Source: Pseudomonadota bacterium (GTDB taxonomy: Bacteria > Pseudomonadota > Alphaproteobacteria > RF32 > CAG-239). Taken from it: 64,000 nucleotides of DNA. Under the pieces are notes generated by a model that did no database searches, had not been told where the DNA came from, and worked only from the letters and a program-made list of their open reading frames with translations. A program made the position numbers and the translations under genes. Shown one piece after another: positions 20,308 through 29,578 of the stretch; position 1 is the stretch's first letter; the number at the start of each line of letters is the position of its first letter. Location: positions 1 through 64,000 of the forward strand of contig CAKJXZ020000017.1 of NCBI GenBank assembly GCA_918234285.1, given 5' to 3'.

Positions 20308-20362
20308 GTAACAAAAAATTCACAAAAAACTTGTACAATTCTGAGAAAAAGTGTGTTATTAT
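20308..20362 (+). promoter_or_regulatory. virB operon promoter: CtrA-like site plus extended -10
   Basis: GTAA-N7-TTCAC (20308-20323), TG-T-TATTAT (20354-20362), then AAGGAG SD. Confidence 0.5.
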
Positions 20363-20394
20363 GAAATTGTAAAGGATAGAAAAGGAGAAAAAAC

Positions 20395-20730
20395 ATGAAA
20401 TTCTTAAAAAATAATATTTGTACCGTTTTGGCACTTGCTTTGGTTCTGACGGTGTCTATGGCCGGAGATGCATCGGCAGCAAGTTCTGTATTTTCTACAG
20501 CAATGAATAAACTGTCTAAGTTGTTTAAAGATACCAAAAACGTTCTGTTTATTATCGGCGGTTTCGGTTTGGTTGCTTTGGCCTTCCAGGCAATTTTCGG
20601 CAAACTGAAATGGGCTTGGTTTGCGGCTTTGGCTTTAGGTTTGGCCGTTGTTGCTGCTGCCGGTAAAGTTGTTGACTATGCAACGGATAGTAATGTTGCT
20701 TCCGGTAGAACTTCGGATAGCTTGAACTAA
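20395..20730 (+). CDS. virB2: VirB2/TrbC family pilin, copy 1 (probable major pilin)
   Basis: Signal peptide plus two hydrophobic helices separated by FGKLKWAWF; first gene of the virB operon. Confidence 0.85.
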   Translation: MKFLKNNICTVLALALVLTVSMAGDASAASSVFSTAMNKLSKLFKDTKNVLFIIGGFGLVALAFQAIFGKLKWAWFAALALGLAVVAAAGKVVDYATDSNVASGRTSDSLN

Positions 20731-20746
20731 TTCTATATATGTATTG

Positions 20747-20786
20747 CAGCTACAGGGAGAGAGAGTATTCTTTCTCCCTCAGGCTG
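20747..20786 (+). other. Intercistronic RNA hairpin after first virB2
   Basis: AGGGAGAGAGA-GTAT-TCTTTCTCCCT 11-bp stem (one G-U) extended by CAGC/GCTG; no U-tract. Confidence 0.65.
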
Positions 20787-20801
20787 AAGAAGGGAGGTAA
20801 C

Positions 20802-21146
20802 ATGTTGTACAGAAAAATAAAGAATTTTCTTTATGAAAACAGATATACCATCGGGTTGGTACTTTCTTTATTTTTGTATGCAGCTGATGCCTTTGCCGTA
20901 GGTGGCGACACCGGTACTTTCAGTGCGCTTAATGAGGCCGGCCGAACAATTTTCAGCGGGTTGCGGAAAGTTATTTATCCGGCGGCTACCATCGGTATCG
21001 CCAGTGTTTGTATCGGCGGTATGTTCGGTACCTTTAACTGGAAATGGCTGGTTGCCATTCTCATCGGTGTTTTCATTATTGCTTATGCCGAGCAAACGGG
21101 CACTCTTGCCACCGGTACGGAAGTTGATTTGACCGGATCAAGTTAG
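20802..21146 (+). CDS. virB2: VirB2/TrbC family pilin, copy 2
   Basis: Start moved to ATG 20802 (GGAGGT SD); DAFA signal cleavage; FGTFNWKWLVAILIG. Confidence 0.82.
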   Translation: MLYRKIKNFLYENRYTIGLVLSLFLYAADAFAVGGDTGTFSALNEAGRTIFSGLRKVIYPAATIGIASVCIGGMFGTFNWKWLVAILIGVFIIAYAEQTGTLATGTEVDLTGSS

Positions 21147-21156
21147 GAGAAAGACC

Positions 21157-21558
21157 ATGAATAATTTGCTACGCTTTTCCATATTGTTGCTGTTTATGGT
21201 TGTCGGCATTGCACCGGATGCGTTTGCCGGTGAAGAAACCGAAATATTCGATCAGTTGGCGGCTCGTGCCACGGCTGTAGGTGTGGGGTTGCGCGACAGC
21301 GGCTTTATTATTGCCGCTTTTGGTCTGGTGTTCTTTTCCTTTATGGCAATATTTAACAAAATATCTTGGAAAACTTTAGCCTACATTATGCTGAGCTGCT
21401 TTGTATTGAGTACCATGTTTTGGTATGTTATGTGGGTAGCCGAAGGTAGTAAGGGCGGGGTTCCGGACTTGCAATACGACGTCCAGGGTGAAGCCTCGGC
21501 CGGCACCACTGATATATGGCCGCAGCTATTTAGGCTTATCATAAAGAAAACGATGTAA
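21157..21558 (+). CDS. virB2: VirB2/TrbC family pilin, copy 3 (C-terminal extension)
   Basis: DAFA signal cleavage; FIIAAFGLV...AIFNKISWKTL aligns with copy 1 FIIGGFGLV...AIFGKLKWAWF. Confidence 0.8.
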   Translation: MNNLLRFSILLLFMVVGIAPDAFAGEETEIFDQLAARATAVGVGLRDSGFIIAAFGLVFFSFMAIFNKISWKTLAYIMLSCFVLSTMFWYVMWVAEGSKGGVPDLQYDVQGEASAGTTDIWPQLFRLIIKKTM

Positions 21559-21576
21559 CAAAAGTGGGTTTATCGA

Positions 21577-22023
21577 ATGAGAATTATTTTACTAGTCGTT
21601 ATGTTTTGTTTTTCAGCTTATCCGGCCTTCTCCTATATAGAAGACAGCCGTATCGGCGAAACTCAGATGACGGCCGGTGAGCAGAACAGTAATTTACATC
21701 GATTGCACAGCCGCGGTTCCGAAATATTGAAAAAACTCAAACAGGCAGATGAATATGTCGGGAGGGCGCAAGCCTCCGGCAAACAAGTCAATGCGTCGGC
21801 GTTGGAAGACTTACTCAATTCGGAGCAAAAAGACAGAGCAGAACATGAAATCGAGAAACTTTTGGCCGGTGTGCGGCAGCAAACGGCCGAATACGCAAGA
21901 TTGCGCGTTGTTCCCGACCACAGTACTTATGAATTGCTGACGCAAATGCATGTGCAACAGCAAAAAGATCGGGAACCGGCACAGCAATTACTCACGGTTT
22001 TACAACAAAGGAGAGGGCGATGA
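21577..22023 (+). CDS. Exported helical hypothetical protein
   Basis: Signal peptide (AFS), stop overlaps virB3 start; no transglycosylase motif. Confidence 0.7.
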   Translation: MRIILLVVMFCFSAYPAFSYIEDSRIGETQMTAGEQNSNLHRLHSRGSEILKKLKQADEYVGRAQASGKQVNASALEDLLNSEQKDRAEHEIEKLLAGVRQQTAEYARLRVVPDHSTYELLTQMHVQQQKDREPAQQLLTVLQQRRGR

Positions 22024-22310
22024 GAGAAGAACTGTTGAAAGCAGTGGCTCAACCGCCGAAAGTTTTGTGGGCGCCGATGGTGCCGGCCATTATTAATTTG
22101 GGAATACAATTCCCTGTAATGTTTATGGCAATGGGGGTTGCCGATTTGAACCCGCTGTTTTTTGTTGTGTTGATTATCGCTGCCCATGTTGCGTTGATTG
22201 TTGCCGGGCAAAAGGAACCGCACTTGTCCAATATGCTCAGAGCCTACGGGCAAACATATATTAAAACAACCAATTTGTATCCTGTAAAAGGGAGTAAATT
22301 CGAACCATGA
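22020..22310 (+). CDS. virB3: T4SS VirB3
   Basis: LLKAVAQPPKVLWAP, two TM, KEPH; overlaps virB4 start. Confidence 0.85.
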   Translation: MREELLKAVAQPPKVLWAPMVPAIINLGIQFPVMFMAMGVADLNPLFFVVLIIAAHVALIVAGQKEPHLSNMLRAYGQTYIKTTNLYPVKGSKFEP

Positions 22311-24736
22311 ATGAATACGATTTTTTCAGCCTGTTTGTCCGCGGATTGAGCAACGTCGAGGTTATTGTCGCTCTTATAGGTATTGTATCGGCAGCATCTT
22401 TTGCGGTTTTGCTTTCAACCAAATTCGGTAACTGGGTGTTGCCGCAACCGCGAGAATCTCGCGTTTCCGACTTTTTGCCGTTTCAAAAACTGATGTCCGA
22501 CGGCGTAACCATTCAGTGCCGCAATAACTCCTACGCCCGTGTCTTTAGGCTGGAGGGTATCGATTTGTCTTCGGCCACGGCAGAAAAAGTTTATTCGATG
22601 ATGGAAGCGCGTAAGTCGTTTATTGATGACTTGTCTAATATGCAGATTATTGCCCGGGTGATTACAACGCGAGAGCATGATGCGCTTGAAAGCGAAAAAC
22701 GCGATTTTAACAATCCGTTGCTGGAGACGGTTTCGCAGATATGGTTTAATCAGATGAATCGTATTTACAGCAATAAACACTACATAATATTGTCGGTTAT
22801 TGACCGTAAAGATGCCTTAAAAGATTTGAACTACGCTTCGCAAAGCTTGATGTCGACTTTAGGTGAATACAGTGTGAGCCCGATGTATGAAACGGAAACC
22901 AGCAATCCTGTCGACAGCCCGTTTTATTTGTTTGCGCGTTTATGCAGTCCGGTTTCACAACCTACGCCGAAAGTATACGGAGCGGAAGGCTCGCGTTTGT
23001 GCGAGATGTTAACTTCGGACCATATTCATTTTACTCAGGAAGAGGGTATTATTCACTTTTTCTCGGGAGATAAAGATTTATATGAGATTGCTTTCGGTAT
23101 TCGCTCGTGCGGTGAAGCGTGGGATGAAAGTATGATTTATTCGCTTAATGCCATTGATTGTGAGTTGGTTTTATTGCATAATATTCGTCCGATGTTCAGA
23201 GCACAGGCCAGAGGTCTGTTGATGCAACAACAGCGTATGGCTATGACCACCAGTTTTTCCGGCGGTGTGGTTGAACAGTACGCGACCGCATTAGCATCAA
23301 TCGATGATAGCGACAATGATTATCAATCGCTTTCGGAATATGCCATGACCATTATTGCCAAAGGCAGCTCCAAAGAGGAACTGGACTTTGCCGAGTCGGA
23401 AATACAGCGTATTTGTCGCGCTTTCGGTGTAACTCCGGTGCGTGAGGGTTGGGTGGCACAAGCGGTGTTCTTTACCCAGTTCCCGACCTACGATACCTAT
23501 CCGAGAACATATATGTATTTATCGCGGGCGATTGCCATGGGTATAACCTTGGATAAACCGGCAGAAGGCTTTAGTAAGAGCGACTGGGGTAACGGTGCGA
23601 TTTCCGTTTTCCGTACCATGTCCGGTTCGGCATATCGTTTCCAATTTCACGTCAGCAGTGAAGAATCTGCGGTGGCACACTGTTGCATTATCGGTCCGAC
23701 CGGTCAAGGTAAAACAACCTTGCTTACTTTCTTGGCCGGACAAGCCATGCGTCATGCCGATTTGCGGGTATTCTTCTTTGATCGTCACTTAGGTGCACAA
23801 ATCTTTACGCGCGCGGTCAAGGGTGCGTATGTCGGCTTTGACGGCGATGAAAAGAACGTTTCGCTTAACCCGTTTGACTGTGCCAATACCTCGGAAAACA
23901 GAGCATTTTTGCGTCGCTGGTTGAAATCTATTACCATGGTGGACGATGCTTTGGCAGATCGTGAAGTTGCTCGTGCCGTTACGACGGCATTTGACTATTT
24001 GCGGCCGGAAGAACGAATTCTTGCCAACCTGTATAAAAGCTGTTTCTCGCCGACCGGTAATATGCGCCGTGAGTTGTATCGTTGGGTAAATCCGGATCAA
24101 TACGGTGGTATTTTTAACGGTCAGGACGACAGCTTGGATTTGAAGAGCCGCCGCTTTATGGCATTTGACTTTACGCATATTTTCGAAGACGAAAACCTGG
24201 CACCGGCGGTAATCAGTTACATCATGCACCGTATTCAATCCGAAACCGGCGAAACCGGTGTACCGTCACTGATTATGATCGATGAAACGGCGCCGATGTT
24301 GAAGCACCCGATGTTTAGAGATTACTTTATTATCGGTTTGCAAGAAGGACGTAAAAAGCGCCAAGCATATCTCTGCGCCTTCCAACAGCCGAACATTGTT
24401 GATAAATTGGGCGTCGGCGAAGTTATTCGCGGTCAATGTCAAACCGTTATCTTTTTCCGCAACCCGCAAGCACAGGCCGAAGATTATGCCAACTGGAATC
24501 TTACCAAAAACGAAATGGACTTCATTTTTGGTAAGAGTTACCGCGATTTTCCGTATGCCATTTTGTTGTCACGTCCGGTTACCGGTGAGTCGGTAATTTT
24601 GGATGTTAACTTGGGCGGTTTGGGCAAATATTTGCGCATATACAATTCTGGCCGTAAGAATGTGTTGTTGGTACAGCAACTGATTCAAGAATTCGGTGAA
24701 GACGGATTCTTGACTAAGTATTTGGATATATCATAG
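22307..24736 (+). CDS. virB4: T4SS VirB4 ATPase
   Basis: YRFQFH, HCCIIGPTGQGKTTL, FFDRHLG, LNPF, LIMIDE, EGRKK, QCQTVIFFRNP. Confidence 0.95.
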   Translation: MNEYDFFSLFVRGLSNVEVIVALIGIVSAASFAVLLSTKFGNWVLPQPRESRVSDFLPFQKLMSDGVTIQCRNNSYARVFRLEGIDLSSATAEKVYSMMEARKSFIDDLSNMQIIARVITTREHDALESEKRDFNNPLLETVSQIWFNQMNRIYSNKHYIILSVIDRKDALKDLNYASQSLMSTLGEYSVSPMYETETSNPVDSPFYLFARLCSPVSQPTPKVYGAEGSRLCEMLTSDHIHFTQEEGIIHFFSGDKDLYEIAFGIRSCGEAWDESMIYSLNAIDCELVLLHNIRPMFRAQARGLLMQQQRMAMTTSFSGGVVEQYATALASIDDSDNDYQSLSEYAMTIIAKGSSKEELDFAESEIQRICRAFGVTPVREGWVAQAVFFTQFPTYDTYPRTYMYLSRAIAMGITLDKPAEGFSKSDWGNGAISVFRTMSGSAYRFQFHVSSEESAVAHCCIIGPTGQGKTTLLTFLAGQAMRHADLRVFFFDRHLGAQIFTRAVKGAYVGFDGDEKNVSLNPFDCANTSENRAFLRRWLKSITMVDDALADREVARAVTTAFDYLRPEERILANLYKSCFSPTGNMRRELYRWVNPDQYGGIFNGQDDSLDLKSRRFMAFDFTHIFEDENLAPAVISYIMHRIQSETGETGVPSLIMIDETAPMLKHPMFRDYFIIGLQEGRKKRQAYLCAFQQPNIVDKLGVGEVIRGQCQTVIFFRNPQAQAEDYANWNLTKNEMDFIFGKSYRDFPYAILLSRPVTGESVILDVNLGGLGKYLRIYNSGRKNVLLVQQLIQEFGEDGFLTKYLDIS

Positions 24737-24745
24737 AACCAAAAT

Positions 24746-24789
24746 TTAACAAAAATTTCATACAACACGCTATGAATATATGTTATAAT
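24746..24789 (+). promoter_or_regulatory. Internal promoter: CtrA-like site plus extended -10
   Basis: TTAA-N7-TTCA (24746-24760) and TG-T-TATAAT (24781-24789), AGGAGG SD before 24822. Confidence 0.6.
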
Positions 24790-24821
24790 GGAAGATATAA
24801 AAATTATAGGAGGACGTCATT

Positions 24822-25376
24822 ATGGGTGAAAAATGGAGTTTGCAACGCATAGCGGTTTTAGCCATTATGATGTTTTTCCTTGCGGGAACAACGGCCGTTT
24901 ATGCCGAAATGCCGACAACCGACCAAGCCAAAGATTCCGAGCACTTGGAAAGCGAATCAAACGAAAACGAAGAAAATGAAGCCGAAGACGATAAGAAGGA
25001 GGACTTAAAGAAATCCGAAGAAGATCGCGGATATGGTCCTTTTGGCTCTACGGATTTGTATATGGATGTAATTGATACCGTGGAAGGTGTTGCAAACGGC
25101 AACAGTATTTTCGGCCCTAATTTGGAGAAAATGTTAGAAAAATACGGTGCCGAACTGGCCAAAGAACAGCAGTTGAAGAGTAAGAAAAAGAAAGAGCAAT
25201 ACGAGCGCAAAAAAGAAGCCGCCAAAAAATTACGTGAAGAAGAAAAGAAAAGAGAGAAGGCAGAAAACGAAGTTGTAAGCGGGCGCGAGGGAAAGCCGGG
25301 CAAGGCAAAATGGTATAATTGGTATAAAAAAGGCAAATCAAACGGTAACGGAGGTAGTGGCGATGATAATGAATAA
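24822..25376 (+). CDS. Exported charged helical protein (T4SS-associated)
   Basis: Signal peptide (VYA), K/E-rich coiled coil; weakly similar to next gene. Confidence 0.75.
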   Translation: MGEKWSLQRIAVLAIMMFFLAGTTAVYAEMPTTDQAKDSEHLESESNENEENEAEDDKKEDLKKSEEDRGYGPFGSTDLYMDVIDTVEGVANGNSIFGPNLEKMLEKYGAELAKEQQLKSKKKKEQYERKKEAAKKLREEEKKREKAENEVVSGREGKPGKAKWYNWYKKGKSNGNGGSGDDNE

Positions 25377-25899
25377 AATGCATAAAACCATCTGCGTAAT
25401 CGCTTTTATGGCAGCGTTCATCGGTTTTACCGGTAAGGCGTATGCCTTCGGTATACCTATGCCTTTCAAAGAATATTTAGCTTCTTATATGCGTTCATGG
25501 ACTACAGGGCTGATTGAAAAAAAGAATCTTACCAAATACACAAACAATGCCAAATTAGCGCAAGAAAATGCCGAGCGCGGAAGCGCCTATGAGGCCAGCG
25601 GATTATATGATTTTATTGAAGATAGTGCCAAACGCTTCGGTGAAGATCCGAAAGCATTTGAGGCTGCCAGCATGGATTTTATGGAAAAGACGCTTAATGA
25701 ATACAAGAAAAAAGCGGAAGAAGCTGCTGAGGCCGAAAAAGCACTGGAAGAAGAAAATCAGAAATCCGGTAATACCGGAGAGGTTGCCGATAACGGCGGA
25801 AATCAGACAGGAGACTCGTCTGTTAAAGATCAGACCTATCATTGGTTAGAGCAAAACCGTTCTCCGGGTAATGAAGACGGCAAAATAAAAATGTTTTAA
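25363..25899 (+). CDS. Exported helical protein (T4SS-associated)
   Basis: GGAGGT SD favours ATG 25363; signal peptide (AYA); LY...EK.L..Y...Y.W pattern shared with previous gene. Confidence 0.75.
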   Translation: MIMNKMHKTICVIAFMAAFIGFTGKAYAFGIPMPFKEYLASYMRSWTTGLIEKKNLTKYTNNAKLAQENAERGSAYEASGLYDFIEDSAKRFGEDPKAFEAASMDFMEKTLNEYKKKAEEAAEAEKALEEENQKSGNTGEVADNGGNQTGDSSVKDQTYHWLEQNRSPGNEDGKIKMF

Positions 25900-25921
25900 T
25901 TAACGGAAAAGGAAGTGTAAA

Positions 25922-27076
25922 ATGATAAAGGAAAGCAAAATTTTAAAGATATGCGCCATAGCAATATGTGCATTATTATACAATTCATCGGTTGCCTTTT
26001 CCGAACAGGTGACAACTACTACGGACGTTGTTACTGATGGGGAGGTATCCAGCGAGACCACTACCGGATACGCTACCGGCGGTTCCAGTGGCGGTTCGGG
26101 TTCCAACAGCCGTTTATCTGATGAAGAAATTGCATCACGTGAAGCAGATGAAGAAAGAGAAGCCATGGAAGATGCGGAAAACGTTAATTTCAGTAATCTG
26201 TACAACGGACGTCCGCTGTTTCCGGAAGCTATGATGATATATTGTAAGGTTAATGCCGAAGATTTGGCTGCCGATCTGACCAAAATCGAAGAATGCATCA
26301 AGAAATACATCAAGGCTATTAATAATGATAACTCGGCGGTTAAAACCCAAGGACTTCACGACTATGATGTTATGCGTTATCAAGCACTCAACGATACTCT
26401 TACCAATGCAACCGATAAGTTGAAAAGCATACGTAACTTTGAAGATACTACAAATGATTATGCCGGTGCGACCAACGACTCGAATACGCAGCGTGATACG
26501 GAAGCGGCGATAGCCAATTCACAGGCTTTTGCCACCAATGTTATCAATAATCTGCGTGAGTTATATGCCGAAAAATTGAAATTACAGGCGCTTGAAGGAA
26601 TTCGCAACGTTGATCCGTCAGCTATTTTGACCGAAGAAGAATATCAGGAAAGCAAAACTTCTGTTACCGGTTCGACTAAAACCGAAACCGGAAGCACTTC
26701 AGTCGGATCGGATAGCGTTATTAATCCAAGCGGTTCCGGAGGCGGTACGGGAGCAGGTTCGGGCACTGGTGCAAGCAATGATACAGGTAATAATTCCGGT
26801 GAAAATAACGACAGCAACGAAAATGCGGCAGTTGAGGGGCAATCTGACCACATGAATGCTTATTCGATTGAAGACAGAGTACACCAACTTTCCAATCTTG
26901 AACCGGAAGACTTAGCGACTCACGGTTATGAAATAGATAGTTTACGTACCGAAGCACAGAAAGTTTTGAATGATCCTAATGCAACAGAATCGGATAAAGC
27001 TGTGGCACGCAGAGCAATAAGTGATTTGAACACCTTATTTGATGAGGTTGCGGATTATTCAAGAAAAAATAAATAA
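25922..27076 (+). CDS. Exported helical protein, possible VirB5/TrbJ-like
   Basis: Signal peptide, helical-bundle core with Cys pair, G/S/N-rich linkers; VirB5 assignment is positional inference. Confidence 0.7.
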   Translation: MIKESKILKICAIAICALLYNSSVAFSEQVTTTTDVVTDGEVSSETTTGYATGGSSGGSGSNSRLSDEEIASREADEEREAMEDAENVNFSNLYNGRPLFPEAMMIYCKVNAEDLAADLTKIEECIKKYIKAINNDNSAVKTQGLHDYDVMRYQALNDTLTNATDKLKSIRNFEDTTNDYAGATNDSNTQRDTEAAIANSQAFATNVINNLRELYAEKLKLQALEGIRNVDPSAILTEEEYQESKTSVTGSTKTETGSTSVGSDSVINPSGSGGGTGAGSGTGASNDTGNNSGENNDSNENAAVEGQSDHMNAYSIEDRVHQLSNLEPEDLATHGYEIDSLRTEAQKVLNDPNATESDKAVARRAISDLNTLFDEVADYSRKNK

Positions 27077-27123
27077 GCAAAGTACAACACCAACGGAGAC
27101 GTACGATAAAAAGGGAGGTTAAG

Positions 27124-28335
27124 ATGAAGAAAAGCATACCAGTAATAATAGCGGTTATCAGCTTTTTGTTGCCGAAAAACGCGGCGGCATCATTCGACCT
27201 TTTTAAAGATTTCATCGAACTCATCGGCATCAGTGAAGAAGATGTAACCGTTGCGCTTGACGAGTATATCGAACACCAAATCGATTTACAGGAAAAAACC
27301 ACCGATACCGCCAATCAAAAAGCCGCTAAGAAATTAGCGCGCAATGCCACTAAGATGGTCAATAACAAAAGACAGGGACGCAGCGGGCTGGATCTTGTTG
27401 ATTATACCGAATTTTACAATACTAAACTCAGCAATTTACAATGGCCGGGAATGGATGCGGCGACCGATGCCGGTGAATATACCACTCCGCAAACCAAAAA
27501 GCAGACGGCACTGTCTTATTTCAAAAAACAGCACGTTCGCAACGATGTACAGATAAATCTGGCCAAGGATATAGCCATCAACAATATGGCCATTGAAAAT
27601 TTGGCAACCGATTACGCCAACGGATTGACCACACGTTACGACTTACAAGAAGAAATGAAACAACTCGCCAGCGAAGATAATTCTACCGATTCCGGTGAGG
27701 ATATTCAAACGTTGGAATGGAATTACAGCGTGGTAATGCGTCGCGCTAATCATCGCTGGCTGGATATTGTGAGATTTGAAGCATCAAACACGGTAAACGA
27801 GTTGAGAAATCAGGCCAACAGTATTCGTGTTGATGATATGTCCGAAATTATCGGAGAAGATGTATCCGAAGCGGTGGAAGAATTGCAAAATCAAGGTGTA
27901 AGAACGCCGGAAAGCGGTTCGAGCGGTGTGCAAAATAACGGAGGAAAATCCGGCGATTGGGCAGGAAACTTGACCGTAGGCGATGTAGCGCAAAGCGCAC
28001 AGCAGGGTATTGATGCCATCAAAAATAAGAACTTCTCAGAGGCCTTTGATTCTATGTCGTCGTTATACAGCGGTGCAAACAGCAACCCGAAAGTTACGGA
28101 AACTCTGAATAAGATTTCCGGTAATGTTTCAACCGGTCAAAACGTTTATAACAGTGCTGCCAACGAAAATTATGAAGGTGCGGTATCAACCTTGCTTGAC
28201 GAGGGGGAGAAATATTACGACGATTATAAATCCAACCAAAATTCCGAGAGCAGCGAAGGTGGCAATGCCGAGGGCGGTACAACCGGCAACGGCAACAATG
28301 GTAAAGCGGGAGGTAACAGCGATGAGAATAAGTAA
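27124..28335 (+). CDS. Exported helical protein, possible VirB5/TrbJ-like
   Basis: GGAGGT SD, signal peptide (AAA), helical core, G/N-rich tail. Confidence 0.7.
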   Translation: MKKSIPVIIAVISFLLPKNAAASFDLFKDFIELIGISEEDVTVALDEYIEHQIDLQEKTTDTANQKAAKKLARNATKMVNNKRQGRSGLDLVDYTEFYNTKLSNLQWPGMDAATDAGEYTTPQTKKQTALSYFKKQHVRNDVQINLAKDIAINNMAIENLATDYANGLTTRYDLQEEMKQLASEDNSTDSGEDIQTLEWNYSVVMRRANHRWLDIVRFEASNTVNELRNQANSIRVDDMSEIIGEDVSEAVEELQNQGVRTPESGSSGVQNNGGKSGDWAGNLTVGDVAQSAQQGIDAIKNKNFSEAFDSMSSLYSGANSNPKVTETLNKISGNVSTGQNVYNSAANENYEGAVSTLLDEGEKYYDDYKSNQNSESSEGGNAEGGTTGNGNNGKAGGNSDENK

Positions 28336-29566
28336 AAAAGGAGCGATATTGCTCGTTGTATATTTGTTGGGCTCGTTCTGTGTGTACACGCCGCCGGCGC
28401 GTGCATTGGCCTTTTTGGAAATTACTACCTTGCTGGAAGATTTAGCTAAGAAAATTTTTAAGGATAGCGACAACATGGAAACTTCCACCACCAATATTAT
28501 GGAACAGCTGAACATGAAAACCCTGCAGGCGGCCGATGATGAAAGTATGAAAATGTTTAAAGATATCGTCGGTGAATCGGCTGATATTGCCATTGCTGCC
28601 GCCAAAGGACAATATAAGGCTACCGACTATTCGGCCGACGGTATGTTGCAAGCCTTTGCCGACCAGTTGGCCGACCTGAGTAAAGATTATGCCAACCAGA
28701 AAAAACAAATGGAAGCCGAGATTGAGGCAGCGGAAAAAGCCAAGTTGGATAAAAAAGTGGAAATGCAAAAGCAAATGAGCATCCTGACTTCGCAACGCGA
28801 CGCTTTGGATGCATTGATTGCTCAAGAATCCACTCCGGACAGAGTGGCACAGTTAGAAGCTTTGGATAGGGCTATTGCCGATTTAGCCGAACAAATAAAG
28901 CAAAATGACGATACGGAAGTGTTGGATACACCTAAAGTCAAGAAATCCAGGGAGAAAATTGCCGAACTGCAGAAAAAGATGGAAAGTGCAAAAGCTAAAT
29001 ATTCCGAGGAGAATATGACGGATAAGATGCAGACCGAACTGATGGAATTGTTTGATACGGATCCGGAGAAAGAGGAAAAAGAAATGTATGCAACGGCCAT
29101 CAGCAAATTATTTTTAGAGGAAGATGAGCCGGCAAATCCGGAAAATATAAACCGGGTTGTGAAAGAACGTCAAAGAGAATATTATGATGCCGTCAAAAAT
29201 GCGTTAGAAACAGTGATAAGCACGCAGGTAAATATCAAAGAAACCAATGAGAGAAGCCTGTCATGTACCGATGCCTTGGTAGGAGAGGCTGACGGCACTT
29301 TTGGTGCCATGGGTTTGCGCCAATGCGTCGAAATGCAGAATTCCATTGTGGCTGTAGGCTTTTTGGAAATTTTATTGGCGATGATACAGCTGGATACAAC
29401 GGCCGAAATGCAGAAATGGGATAATAAGTATGCGTTGCGCGACTATGAAAAAGATATAACCAAGTTTAACCTGGATGATTATGTTATGACAAGAGAAGAC
29501 TGGTTATCAAAATCAAAGAGAACAGCTAAAGATACCGTAAAAAGCAAAGTCAAAGAGTTCTTTTAA
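28322..29566 (+). CDS. Exported coiled-coil protein, possible VirB5/TrbJ-like
   Basis: Start moved to ATG 28322 (GGAGGT SD, overlaps upstream stop); signal peptide (ARA); long coiled coil then helical domain with Cys pair. Confidence 0.7.
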   Translation: MRISKKGAILLVVYLLGSFCVYTPPARALAFLEITTLLEDLAKKIFKDSDNMETSTTNIMEQLNMKTLQAADDESMKMFKDIVGESADIAIAAAKGQYKATDYSADGMLQAFADQLADLSKDYANQKKQMEAEIEAAEKAKLDKKVEMQKQMSILTSQRDALDALIAQESTPDRVAQLEALDRAIADLAEQIKQNDDTEVLDTPKVKKSREKIAELQKKMESAKAKYSEENMTDKMQTELMELFDTDPEKEEKEMYATAISKLFLEEDEPANPENINRVVKERQREYYDAVKNALETVISTQVNIKETNERSLSCTDALVGEADGTFGAMGLRQCVEMQNSIVAVGFLEILLAMIQLDTTAEMQKWDNKYALRDYEKDITKFNLDDYVMTREDWLSKSKRTAKDTVKSKVKEFF

Positions 29567-29578
29567 TTAAGGGAGGGT

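Noticed and set aside
21577-22023. VirB1 lytic transglycosylase
   Set aside because: No ES...GLMQ SLT motifs
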